DNA from: Ophelia neglecta
Taxonomy: Eukaryota
Reading direction: 5' to 3'
Assembly: GCA_965285935.1 (NCBI GenBank)
Contig: OZ260664.1
Location: forward strand, 60,636,001-60,700,000
DNA: 64,000 nucleotides
Shown: in pieces, positions 50,501 to 64,000 of the stretch
Layout: each line of letters starts with the position of its first letter
How positions within the stretch are numbered: the first letter of the stretch is position 1
The notes under the pieces: generated by a model
The model's input: only the letters and a program-made list of their open reading frames with translations
Databases searched by the model: none
Told to the model about the DNA's origin: nothing
Translations under genes and position numbers: made by a program

Positions 50501-53500
50501 AGTATGTGTTGTAGATGTTACCGTTCCTTTTGACTCCCACGAGTTAAATCATTTGCCTAATAGTGCTCATAGAGGATGTAATTGAAACCTTGATCTCGGG
50601 CAAATAGATAAGACACATGCTCAGTCCCATAAAAAAAACAAGATGTGAACCAGTTGCTTCAGGTAGGGAATATTCCTAAACTAAATACACATGTACTTTA
50701 CATTGCCAACAGCGGCTGATCCTAAATATTTTAGTCAGGCTTAAAAGAACATAATATTATTCAAAGACTACTACAATGAAAGATTTATTATATCGAGTAC
50801 ATGTTTTGATAATAAGTAGTAAACAAGTGATATCTAGACTAACAAACAAATAAAGAAACCGGATTGAAAAAATACACACAAAAAAAGGATGCTGCAACGG
50901 TGAACTAGCGAAAACATGTAAGTCAGAAAATCCGCTCAAAATACGAACATGTGCAGTCCTGACCCAAGGACATAATTATTATCTTTATGACATGATGATA
51001 TATTGTCAGTTATTTCAGTGAATCGGATCGACTGGTACTTAAGTATATTACTCTGATTGCAATATTTCTGCATGAAAGCTGTGTCTGATTCGTTAATGTT
51101 AAAGAATCGTGGTATTGCATGCCTTTAGAGGCGTAAGGGTGTCGACGGTGCTATTTTCAGCCGGCCTAAATATCTTCCGCAGCGCGAATATCAACATGCT
51201 GCTGACATGTTTTTATATCATGTAAGGTATGTTTTGCTTGGCCTGAACTCCCATTCCTTATTAAGCCTTTCAACATTCTCTCCTGGTATCTGAAGAATGA
51301 AACTGAATCAACAATCACCATCCATTCTGTTCTGCTGCTGGTTGGCAAACTTTGGAAATCCAGCAAATCTCAATATGCTGCCAATCAATAGAATGCCTAT
51401 ATTATACTTAAGCCTCTAGGGTTCAACATTGCAAAGGTGATTAATTCAATCTGGCCATCAATGTCCTATTCTATGTAAAATGGCAATAGATATATAATTA
51501 TGTGCTTTTTATTGCAGATGCTTTGTTTTATCCATGGGCAAAATATAATTTTGAAGACAAATACGTTTATCGTAGAACAAGTCAACGAAGCTTCGTTGAG
51601 TTTTATCTCTTGAGCTGCAAGTTGGTTGCTTGCTATGAAAAAAAACTAACCTGTATCTGAACTGATATTATTTGCATTGCACTGTCATCATCTTCCCTAT
51701 TTAAGTAAGGATATTGAGACACATGAAGGCCTATATGACTTAAAAAATATCTTTTACGTCAGTCGTGAACAAAAATTGACTGATAATTCGATGATAAGTT
51801 TAATCGCACATACTGTCAGAGTCATTATTGATTGTAACACGTGTTCCTAGTCCTCCAGTTCAAGTCATACGGTGACTCAAAAGGAAAATATATTCAAGCC
51901 ACAGTTGTTCGGGTCAACTTGCAGATGCAACACTTAAATGGTATACAGACTTTTTAGCAGCAGGTTTAATTCAACATGACCTGATTGCCTTCTCCCCAGG
52001 CTGTGGCTGTCGTCGTCCAGCCATCAGCAGCCCAAGATAAGAACCACATCTGACTGCTACATGACGACCTTGCTGAACACTGTAGACTTCTCAACCGTTC
52101 TCTGGCTCCATCGGAGCTGTTTACATCGGTACGTTGGCACGACCTCGACGCTTAACGAGGCCATCGGGTCATCTTCCTGATACCCAACAGGGTGGATCAC
52201 GGATGACTTATACATTTAAATAAAACAGATCGTACGTGGTCGGGACCGCCTATTCATCTGTTCTCAGAGTTGCTGATGACCCAAGAGATCTTATCTCGGA
52301 TGTACAACTCTACCATGGATTTAGATTCCTCGTCAATGCCAGCAGCAGACATAGCTTTACGCATTCCAAGATGCGAAAACGAAAACAAACAAGGGACCAT
52401 AAAAATAACAAATAAAAGGCAATCATAATAAATCCCTTGGAATTTGCTGTTGGCCTTTATCGGCAAATAATACTATTCGGCTGTTTGGACAAGGTAAAGA
52501 TGCAAGGCAAATCTCGTCATGATACTTTCCTTTCATTTGGACACGTCTTTTTTAGAAGACAATATTTCCTTATGATATTAGTTTTTCTAGCAGTGGAGAA
52601 ATATGACACCAGACAGACCATTTCAAGCCGGTTATCTACTATGCAGTCAGCTGCTCTAACTACAAATACCTCTCGGAAACAAGGTCGGATGATTTTAAAA
52701 GACAAACGGAATATGAGTGACTCTAGTTAAGACTCTATAATTGTGAAATGTTTCCATTTAGGTTGCGCCAGTCTCAACTAAATATCCAAAAAATGAAAAG
52801 AACAAGTGTAGATGATACACACCTAAGTTCCTTTCACCGTGACGCCTAGTAAATAAAAACCATATGCTGGTACAAACATAAAAATATTTCATAGCCACCA
52901 TCAATTCTAGGCGTCCACACCGTTATTCAACACAGCCGGAAGTTAGAACAAGTTAATTATAACCGACTTATTCATAACATTCCTTCATTGTAAGTACCGG
53001 TATGTGACAATAATGACGTGTAATTACAATTAAAAGCATGCAGTCAAAAATCGTTGTAACCGTTATGATTCGATGTTAGGTAAAATTGTGCATAGATACA
53101 TGACTGACGGTCTAAATATTAGGGACATTAATAGGATTAGGGCTTTAATAATTACATATATTTCACCTGGGTTCGGTCAACAATATTAATACGCTTAACG
53201 GAATTGGTTCGTAGTTCTCTGCCTACAAGTAAACACATATATTACTGCTTTCATTGCCATTTGGTAAGGAGTAGCCTGCAAGCAAAAAAAATCTTTTCAA
53301 GTTTCAGGTCTAAATTTAGACAAATAAGGCCCGAAATCATCTGAAATTCTAGGTGAAACCATCATTTCCTTGGCAACTAGGGCACCGTTATCGTCCGGTA
53401 AAAGTCTTTAAAAATCATACATATAATTTAACTGTCAATCAACTAAGTGCGTGACAGCACTGGTCTGATTCGTGCTATAGAACTGTCCGGTTCTTCGATA

Positions 53501-54124
53501 TTCATAACCGATCAAATCCCATAGATAAAACACTTATTGATAGTACTTTTTCTTGATCAGATTGTTCGATTTCGGTATGTAAGCAGACATATTCAACAAT
53601 ACTAGTTAAGCCAACCTGTTTTAAAAGGAATATGATTTATGTATTTCTGTAATAATGACTGAACCGTAGGAAAATTGATTCTGACAGCACATCATTGGTA
53701 TAAAGAGAATGTGTCAGCAACCTACCAGAGATTTGTCATGATCTCACGCAATGGCTCAAAAAAGATCAGTCATTATAAATAATCATTATCTTCAAATAAG
53801 ATGCCGCATGAACCTGGTTCATTAAATAATAATCGAAATGTATTATAGTTATATATGGATTATTGATGGCAGATACTTGTTTATTCCAATGAGTATTGGA
53901 CTAATACATTTTTTGGATAATATATTAAATGTAGACATAAAAATGTTATTATCTACGGTCATATATAGACTAGGTATGAACATCTCTGTGTACATTAAAC
54001 TTTGAAATGCCTTTCATATAGATTTTGCCTGTTTTCTCTGTTGTGAATCATAATCAGAGATCAACTGAAGTTGAATTACACCAACAGAAAAAAAAAAACA
54101 TAATGGAAATACTGGACGTCAAAG

Positions 54125-54341
54125 TTGGCTTGCTATCTGGGTTGTCCTAGAACCAATGCATATCGAATACATTGGGATGATGTTAACCCGATGTCGACCC
54201 AATGCATATCCCATCTGCATTGAATATGCAAAGGCGTGCTGGCCAATTTGGCGCAACCCCAATGCATATTGTATTGGCAGGCCCGATATAAGTGAGGGCC
54301 CTGGGCCGATGTTGGGCCAATGCATGACTGCTATCTGGGTA
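54125..54341. mobile_element. Terminal fragment(s) of a non-autonomous DNA transposon ending TGCTATCTGGG
   Basis: TGCTATCTGGGT occurs at ~54131 and ~54329 in the same orientation, with CCAATGCATAT/ATTGG sub-terminal repeats between them. Confidence 0.5.
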
Positions 54342-57300
54342 TATATGTCATCCTATTTGCCTTTTTGTGCGGCCAGACTTTCAAACGAGTATAATTTCAA
54401 CATTCCTACCTTCTGTATAAGGCATCCATTGTCTTAACAAAACAATTATCAGCAGTAAAGGCAGCAAACGACAAGACATCTTACGAGCTGATTTTAGGAA
54501 CACACAGCAAAGGGACACTGTTTAGGAGGTGATGTAAATATAGGCGACTGAAAGTGTCTCGACAGTTGAACTGCAATAAAACGAACGGGCAAGATCTACA
54601 CCAGTTAACAAAACTAGATATACCCCTAGGTCACCGTAATTAAAGGAGATTACAAGCCGCTATTGCTAATTTTGTTAATAATAAATGGGTAAATCATGGC
54701 AGACAAAGGGATAAGGGATCAGATTCGGCAATTTCCCCCATTGTTTATTAACACCAAAATGAGATTATCCTCATTTTGCTGTTCTATAAAACGATGGATT
54801 TTAGTAGATTCATTTCAAAGGTTCATTAGTCCCGTATTGTGCGTGCTAGACTCGTTATTGAAAAAAAATAAAAAGGTGTTTGGTAATAGCCAGAAGTAGT
54901 CGTTAATGTTTTGATATTAGCAGGTTACAATAATCAAATTGATTGTATTTAGTGTAATAAACATATTTCTTTTTGCACATCTCATTTGCTCGGCAACTTA
55001 ATAATTAAGTGTGGCAACAAAGTTTATAACGGTCATTTATTGCTGGGGGGGGGGACACAAGGTGGGAGGTATTTACAGTGCTTAATAGTCATAAATGTGG
55101 ACATGGATGAGGAGAGGATAGTAATAAAAGGATGTTATTGGAAAACAAAGGTTTTTGTCTTCTTGTGGGTGTCTATTGACTTACCTTTCTTATATACTTA
55201 TATATGTATATATATATATACTGTATGCTAATTCTACTGGGAAGCTATTCTTGGTTGGTGTTAATTGATATTGATAAAGACAGCATTTTAAGGTAACATG
55301 ATCAGCCATAGAACTAGAAAAACTTATAGCAAAGTGTTGGTTTTGAACATTTAGCTGTTCACCAACCACCGGGTTATCTCTATGAAGCAAATAACTGATA
55401 CTGTTAATGAACTGAGGATTTATCTTAATTAGAAACACACACCAGCCTTTATACTTGGAGTATAACGACTCTATTTTGTAGTATAACGATGACACACTAC
55501 ATTCGGTTGTGATTTATTACGTCTGAGTAAATGTTGGCGTAAATTACCGACGACTGAAAGACAAGATCTACGCTGATGTGTGTATTGGCCTATTTGTGTC
55601 AGGGAAACACTACATCAAAGAATGTTCCTTGAACTTTGCTGTGTAAGAAGTAAGTGTACTCCATGGTACACATCCAACTCCATAGTACATATCCAAATGA
55701 TACAACTAGATGAAAATACCAGTTGTTGGCGCCCTGTGTAGATATATTACACTCCGGATCCGGAGTTAGGAAATGGCTACAAATCGCGATCGGTTTGTCT
55801 ACAAAAATATGCGGAAATTTTTTTTTGCTATTGTGATAAAAATATAAATTGGCTGAGCTTACGCTCTTAAAAATAGGACATCATTTTGTCAAGACTCAAT
55901 CGCAAGCAGACACGCTCATTTTGTGATATTCACCCTTCTGCGCACGTCTAGAGCAAAAAGAACTTCGTATGTACAGAAAAGTTCAATCTTTTTGTTAGAT
56001 GTTAGATGCAAATGTTCCTGCCTTAGTTAATCATATAGGACAATACATGTAGATCTATATGTTTATAATTGCTTGGGGCACCGGCACAATAAGTTTCTAA
56101 ATGCTGAGGCCTATAGTTAAAGAAGCTAAATATTTACCAGTATAGTCCAGATATACTTGTTGCGTTCTAACACAACTGAGCAAGACTCACAGGGCTATCC
56201 AACTTATCCTTATATAGGAAGTCCAATAGTATAAGATTTTCAGGGTGGAAGCAAAGTGTACTTCCAGTGACCCAATAAAAAGTTTCCCTCGAATGAAATG
56301 AAATATTTTTCCTATCTTGAGGAGCGCTTTTCATCATTTGTCTTGCCCTAATGTTTGCAAAATGGTCGACTATTGTCAAATCCTCAACCACATGAATAAA
56401 AGGTTTTGGTTTGTGTCTTTCTCAAGGTTAACCGAAACTGGCATTTCTGAGAATGACATAGAGAATAAGTTGAAAATAAAAGCACGGGGTATGTCTGGCT
56501 GGTTTGTTATAAGTCAAATAAAACGCAGAAAAAGTCTTTCTCCGAGAAGTGAAATAAACCTCAATTTGAGCCTACGACCAAGGTAGCCATATAATTATTT
56601 ATCTAAAGTGCATTAAGAACACGTTGCCTTTGCGTGTTTGTTTATTTGGTATCAATTTTCCTCGAACTGTTATATAAAGGAGGCACACAATACCTTTATG
56701 GGATAATCAGTTTTAACCCAATCGTCTGAAAACACCTTCATTCTCTATAGACTATTGGATTAACATGAGCGTATCGTGTCTGACCTTTCATTTAATTGGG
56801 CCCATGGGCTACCTAACAAAAGATTGACATCAAGTTAATGTTGATAATCACACGGCAATTATTAAACGAGTTACGGACGTCATTAAGTCTTTTCCTATGA
56901 GACAAATTCATTTTGTACGGTGATAAAAGTTGTATTTAGAGCCCAGTGTATGGCAGTAAATGACTCCCCGCAGGTAGACGAGTCATTAACTTAAGCACAC
57001 ATTGAATAGTAGTTACCAGAAAATGTTCCACAACAAGTTTCTTGCGAATGCAAACAAGTATTAAGAACAAGACCTAAACACAGAAAAAAACAAATGCATG
57101 TTAAACACAAGATCTTTGACATTCCTTTTAACCAAATAAAGTCAATAACCTAAACAGAAAATAGTTTGATGAGAGAAAATAAGTTTTAAGAGGGTGGACG
57201 CTGTTATGTCATAGATACAGTCGGGTTTGCAATACTCTTTTTCACTGACTTTTGCATATTTTTAAACGGTTGGGTTGTTGTCATGGTTACTTCGTGAGAT

Positions 57301-60300
57301 GGTAGACAGCGGTTATTTTTGCCTTTCTATTGTGTTTACTTTAGCAAATAGACGTTATCCATTAAGAACTCTGTCATCAGGAAAATAAGGAACAAAGTTT
57401 GCCAAAGTTTTGCCTTTCAGATCGGTGTAGATCGTGTTTAGATCAAAGGGTTGGGTTGGAATAATGAATCCAAAATTAGCGCCCTGACTCAAACTTGGAA
57501 TGATTTTTTAAATCAATATGGACCCAATGGTGCTCAAACCTTTCATATTTTTACCTGATAATGTGCTGAATTACAAAGTATGTTTATATGTGAATGTATT
57601 TAGGGCTGATGCATGGTGTTTTAAGCCTAGTTACAGCCTGCGAACCTTAACCAGAAGAATATATTTGTTGATAATCCTGTTATTGTCACAAACATAGGCA
57701 AGAAATGGCGTGTAGTCCTCAGCTATTCTAATTTTCTTCTCTGTTTGTCAACGCAGAACGATGTAAATTAGACCAAAGTGAACGATAATTGCCATCCCAC
57801 TTAAAACGTTTACACCAACACAATATCTCACACTTTCTGCCCTGAGCAGCAGAACTGAGTGTTATTTGTTTTATTCATGTGAAACTTACTAAGATAATGG
57901 AGAAGTCAGTCTGCCGTCTTAGTGAATTTTGTTGAAAACTACAACGACTTCGACTGTCGACACTCCGCCACAGGATGAATCCTCGTCTCTTACTCGAGGC
58001 CCATCACCAAGTTTACTTTCAGTTTCAAAGCTGAAGGAAGCTCTATAAATACCCAGCGTACTATCATTCAAAGAACCAGTATTTACTTTACGAAGCATTT
58101 CTTAGAATTTACCGACAATCTAATCGTTGTAGGATTGTAACGTACGTGTACACGTATATACTTATCGAACTGCCAATGTAATTGTTCGTTAATAGGTATG
58201 GCTATCATTTTCTCTCAGCATATACCAAAATTGAACATTTTCCTACTACTAAAGTAAATGTAATTTGTCGCAATCAAATCAGAATATGAATTTGAATGCG
58301 ATTGTATAATTAATATTGTCGCCTTATTTACAACCAACTGTCCCCCGGATAATTCATTCTGGGACGATCTTGTTGGCTTCAGAAACAGTTAACTTGTCCC
58401 AGGAGACGATATATTTGACGTATAACTAGAATCAGATATTAAATAACTTGTGGAACTTCTGGCCTTTAACTTAGTAGAATTAACATTTACAGCGCACTTT
58501 CCGTGAACATTACTTACTAAAAGAGTGTCCCTATCGGACAGTGATCCCATGCAGTGACTTTATGAGGGCACGTTTTACACGCCGCGATACAACCAGCTGT
58601 AGCGATATCTAGTCCCACGGGACTTATATAACCGTTTTAAGTTTCCACTGGTCGGGGATGTGTATCGTCTCGGACAAAGTCCTGTTATTCACATGCCACT
58701 AGTACTTAACTCCTGCTGCACCTGGCTAGATATCCTTTTTTTAACAAGCGCCCCTGGTCTCGCATTTTCAGAGCCAAAAAAATATAATCATTATCCATTT
58801 CATGTTTCAGAAATTCCCATATGATTAGGTTTACCTTAGAACAAGTTCAACTTTAGATTTTTTTGGTTTAAAACGAAAAAGCCCCCTCAACGCCAACCCC
58901 CCCCCCCCACCCGAAACCAAATAGAACGCCGCTTCCATTTATAGTACTGTCAATAAGGAAATGGCTGAAAGGTGCGAACAAAAATTGGTTCGTAATGCTC
59001 AGGATATTCAGGGATATAGATCGAGGTCCCCCGAGACAAGTGAGCGGCTGTGTACCGAGATATCGCTCCGAGTCAGTCATCCCTCCAGGGCAGAATCTGA
59101 GTCTCGCCAACCAAAGGACTGCAGTGATAATAATTAGCCCTACGCCAGGTCTACATAAAAAAAATAGAGATATATTTTGTCAGTTGACACGAGGAAAAAC
59201 CGAGCAACGACAAAATGTGCCTTCCACAAAAGGAAAGTCGAGATGCATCATTAATTCCACATTGAAAGACATTAAAAAACATAGACATGAGTAGAACAGC
59301 TTTATGGCTGCAACTGCATGGGGCATGAAAGAACCAAGCCATCACGACCATGCAATATTCATGCGATCACGAAAAAATCCAGAAAATTGATAACCATTCA
59401 ACATTATTCACAACATTTGTCAAAACAAAATGGTTGTCATATATCAACAGTAATGAGTCTATGAATAATAAAGAGAAGCTTCTTTTGTCATCTTAAAATT
59501 TCTGAATTCGAAAGAAAATATAGCTTACACAACACCAGTCTACAGCAATAAAAGAAAATGACAAATTACCGTTGCCCCGGAGAATGGCGATCCAACAATT
59601 TATCAAACAAATTTGATCAAGTGGTCAATATGCTATCCTATCTCAGTCATTTACCAGCGCATTACCAACAACGAAAAGGCTTGAGGCACAAGTCATAATT
59701 CATAGGCAGGTGTGGGGGGGGGGGGGGATGTGAGTTTTTCCCAAGTAATTTTTACACTCGCTTTTTTTGGCCTTCTACTGAATATATCATTTGGTTGGCA
59801 CGCCGTAACTTGTGACCGAGGGCGCATATTCTTAACACAACTTGTTATTTCGAGAATCAGTGGCGGGATTTTTACATACGTAAATTATTTGTCAAGTGAA
59901 TTTTAACAATAAATATTCGAACAATTTCTTCATAGGATAATCGTACCCTGAACCAATCATAGATAGCCTGTTTCCCTCAAGGCACACGTCCCTAAATTAC
60001 ATATACGATAAGCTTGAGAGCGAAACATACATGTATTTATCTAATTTGCTGTATACTTGTTTTAAACCTCCATGCAAGTATTATCAAATAATCCAAAGGA
60101 TCAGTTACGCTTTTAGTGTGACTGAGCACCTGCATTATGCAACGTACCTCAGGAGTATGTAATTGACGCGCTTTGCCCCACTTTTGTCGCCATCTTTTTG
60201 CGTACGCGTACAATGTACGATTTGCCAGTTATTAAAGGAACCTCAAAACACTACACCGCATATTATGTTATAGGCCTTTATGAAAAGTCGGTCTTGGTTG

Positions 60301-62479
60301 TTTAAAAACCTAAAACTTCCCGTTATCAGGGAGATCTTCCTTTATTTTAAAACATAATACGTGGAAAATAGTTAAAAAGTGTGAAAAATGAATACAGAAA
60401 AGAACTAAATTATCCCGACACTCAAATGCCTGTAGGCAGGCAAAGGAATACTGAATATATCATTTATAATGTTAGTTATTAGAATGTAGTCGAGCGGTGC
60501 GTGGTTCTGAACATATGCTTGGCAATAATGGATGAATGAGACATAATCAGGAACATCTTTAAAAAAAATTCTGTCAACACAAAACTTAACCCTACAATTG
60601 TTAGAGCAGGGGCAAATTAACCCGGATAAGGATATTGTCCAGGCAACATGACAGAAGACTGGTCATATAATTTTCTTTCCCTCGTGCATAAAAAAACACC
60701 CGATATAAAATAATATGTACGCAAATGAATCAGTTCTATAAACTTGAAACGTTCGCTGATATTGGAATGGACACCTACGTTTTTGAAGGAAAAAAACATG
60801 TACAACACCTAGAAATGTTGAAAGGAAACGTGATAAAACTTGGAAACATGTGTTTAAACGCCTCAGCTCGCACGAAAAAAGTGCCTGAACGCGTACATAA
60901 ACATTCACAAATCTGAGGTTTGTGTATAGTTATGCTACATCTGTAATTTATAAGATATTCGAGAGGTACCGAGTGATGATGTAAAAATCTGACATTTACA
61001 AAGCGGTATAAAATCTTGTAGTCAAACAACGAGAGGTGCTCCCTACATCCGGGAGGGACTGTAATTAAGATGTAGGCCTACAGTGAGTCCCGCGCCATCG
61101 ACAAGCTTAGTAGTATCATTATAACACATAACTATGTGTTTTGAATCCTTAACTCGTATAATCCTTATTTGAGGCGAATAAAAACATGTTCGACACCCTT
61201 TTACAGCATGCACACTTAGTCTTATCATGACGGAAATAAAGGTTTTCTATTGTTTCACCAGATTTATTTCCAAGGTAAATTTCATATCAGTCCATCAGCT
61301 ACATAGTAATGAACATATACACTCCACGTTGGTGGTCTGTCCGGATATTAACAATGTTCGTATTTCTAGCAAACATACTTTCCAAAAAAGCCTTTGGGCG
61401 AGGACACATTTAAAATTATGTACATAATATACCAGATATGAGATAACTAGGTACTGATAACTACTTCACGCTATAGCCGTGCTAGCTTGTTTTAAACCAC
61501 CTGCCTGACAGAGATTAATTATTTTGGACTCTTCTATTATGAACAAGCTGTAAGAATATTGTACTTTATAAGATGTATCACCAACATATATCAAAAAAAG
61601 TCTCATAAACAAACAAAATTTGATCTATTTGTAATAACAGGTAAATTCCGGACTTTGTCAAAGTCCCATACCAACCCTTCACCAAGTAATGACATATTTG
61701 CCTAGAGATTGAGGGACCTCGGTGCACCCATCTCGTGGGATTAAGTTTGTCGGCCCTCCTTAAATCCACTCAATGCATCAACCGACGCTCCCTATAGGTC
61801 GCTGTTGTTGACAGAGAACGCTGTTTTGCGGTTTCACACGATTTTCCGTTGGGGATTGGTGAGAAGGAACAAGGCGGAAAATAGCAAGATAGCGAGTATT
61901 GATTTATTAAGTATGGGAGAAAAGGTTTGGTCCATCCCCAAATTTCTGCTGAACCATTACAATATGTGTAAGGTGATTATTTATTTATTATTATTACTAT
62001 TATATACACTTTATATAGAGCACATTCTGGAAAAACCAATCGCAACAAGCGCTTTATACGAATAAAATGCAATGTCTATATACAATGAGTAACTGTGTGC
62101 ACGTTATAAGAATACATTGAAATACACGATGGATACATTGAAATATGTGATAGATAACACGCATAATAAAAACATGTCATTTATTATACCAGACTGCGTT
62201 GGTTACTATAGAGAGGGATATATACATTGCGGCAAGGGCCCTTCCAAGCCTCGTTTAAAAATAGTGACTCTTAAAATTTACCTAATTCAAATCAAAATGA
62301 GATAGGGTACAATGCCTAAATCCGGCTGGTAGCGCGAGAAAGAAACATTACATTGCATGATCCGAGATACATTTTAAGCACAAGCCGAGTCAGCCAACAC
62401 TTCCGTTTTCGAGGACAGTTAAAGTTGCCATGCTCCAACGATATATGAACAAGGCATACTGCATGGCCAACTTTCCTGT

Positions 62480-62715
62480 CTTGTTAAAACTCAGCGCTTT
62501 CATTAACCAAAGCGTACTCCTATCTTGTGTAGGAGAGAGGCAAGATGAGGTAGACATCCTAGCGGAGTCATTGAACCTCGTGGATCGACCAGGAAGGGAA
62601 CCCTGGACATTTTATCTGGTTAGCCGCTATAAACTGGTTTACTCGAACACATGGTGTCGGTACTCAGTCCCTTGGCAAAACGTCTTGTTGATGTCATCTT
62701 TGTGCATAACTGGGA
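62480..62715 (-). mobile_element. Highly decayed LTR-retrotransposon (Gypsy-like) RT fragment
   Basis: PVMHKDDINKTF resembles PVHPDDIEKTAF. Further on, after frameshifts, L*RL and PHLASLLHKIGV are colinear with FQRL and HLxxxFxRLxxxGL. Confidence 0.35.
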
Positions 62716-64000
62716 TAGCTAGAATATCACTGAAGGCTACACTACCATCTGTATTTACTTCTTGTTGACTGTTTCAATATACATGTCATGGAAAAATTCT
62801 CACTTATTACTGTACAAATGTTGTAACAGAAGATCCGATTTTTTTGTTATAAATAACATTCCCATCCGCCATCCATATCATAGCTGATTAAAATGCAATT
62901 ATCATATTTGTATTTATCGGCTGATAAGCACAAGTTAATTTGAAACGATACAGATTGATTAATCTGAATGATATGCTTAGAATGCAGGCTATAATAATAA
63001 TAATAGCACGGTACTAATATACATATCCTGGTGATACTCAAACACACCAGATGTCTTGAAGCCACAATATAGGCTGGTACACTGCAGAATCCCTAACAAT
63101 TTAGGGAACCCATATTGTTCTATTAATGGCGCTTAATGTTAATTGACCAAACAAACGCAATAAGTGTTAGTAAGACATAAGTTAAATCTGCCTTGCTAAT
63201 GACCTAGATAGTGACGGTAACATCTCCACAGTTGCTCATGTTCTCCTCTGACAGGTAGACACCGGCTGAGCGTGGGGTCTAAGTGGGTCATTAGGCCTAA
63301 GTGGGTCATTGGGCTATAACTTTCGCTTGAAGTATACTTGTTAATTATTCGGTTCCGTGGAGACTAGGAATATGTGGAGATGAACCCACCTCCTCAAGCC
63401 ATTAGATAACGGACAGCTGGCAGAGAGCATAGCCCAATGAACACTAGTACTGATAGCTTGAAGATTGCTGGATTCTAAATAACGTAGTGGAGGTCAGCTC
63501 TCGTCCACCAGACCCAAGTTGCCAGATCCAATCTCAGACATGCAAAGACGGCTATCCATCAATTGTGGCACAACGGATGACAGCGATCAATTCACTTAAA
63601 ATCTGATTACAGAGCATCAACATGGCTTTATCAATCCAGGTGATTTCACTTTCGTGACAGGCTAGTAATTATTTTGAGGAGGATGTCTTTTAAATTCTCC
63701 CGATCCTGATGCGTTCTTGATGGTTAAAATTATTTTTAATACATAGGAATTGGTATCTTAACTCTTATATATATGAGACAACAATCCACTACAGCAAGAT
63801 ATTGATATTAGGGCTATTGCTGACAATCCCAGTATGTGAATAGGTAACTTGAGCCTCAATAAGAAACTTACACATAAGATTTAAGTGCGGGTGATGATCA
63901 TTGGTGTCATCGATGTTTTGCATGGGGATATCCTATTGTTATGATAAGAAATGTTAGTATTTTGTTATGCACTAGATTTATCGCATTTCATTTTAGAAAA

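Noticed and set aside
52310-52426. Hydrophobic ORF MIAFYLLFLWSLVCFRFRILEC as the receptor's signal-peptide exon
   Set aside because: The available donors are phase 0 or 2, but the receptor exon needs phase 1. Another frame here weakly resembles decayed RT sequence.
51582-55766. Perfect short palindromes (TCAACGAAGCTTCGTTGA at 51582, ACTCCGGATCCGGAGT at 55751)
   Set aside because: Isolated 16-18-bp palindromes with no shared sequence or supporting context.
39000-63100. Numerous 60-120-aa ORFs in the supplied track
   Set aside because: No recognisable domains, many non-ATG starts and no consistent exon chains; this is the expected background in AT-rich non-coding DNA.

Overview
AT-rich animal genomic DNA with spliceosomal introns; the repeat and gene families suggest a marine invertebrate, probably a lophotrochozoan (inference). 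There are two protein-coding genes, both on the minus strand. (1) A complete 15-exon SLC6 Na+/Cl--dependent amino-acid-type transporter, CDS 24342->16425, 664 aa, with every splice phase checked by hand. (2) About 6.2 kb upstream, a nicotinic-type Cys-loop ligand-gated channel subunit with 5 coding exons found (36331->30584); its signal-peptide exon was not located. The channel keeps the alpha-type vicinal cysteines, but four of its five canonical acetylcholine aromatic-box residues are altered and its M1-M2/M2 pore is atypical. The transporter has Ser at the LeuT-F259 substrate-pocket position. Together they are the best candidate here for an undescribed system: an orphan receptor beside an orphan transporter. 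The rest is non-coding: a decayed CR1/L2-type LINE, a 1.4-kb minisatellite with higher-order structure, MITE and SINE-like relics, and about 27 kb (36.4-64 kb) with no recognisable host exon. Most short ORFs in the supplied track are spurious.
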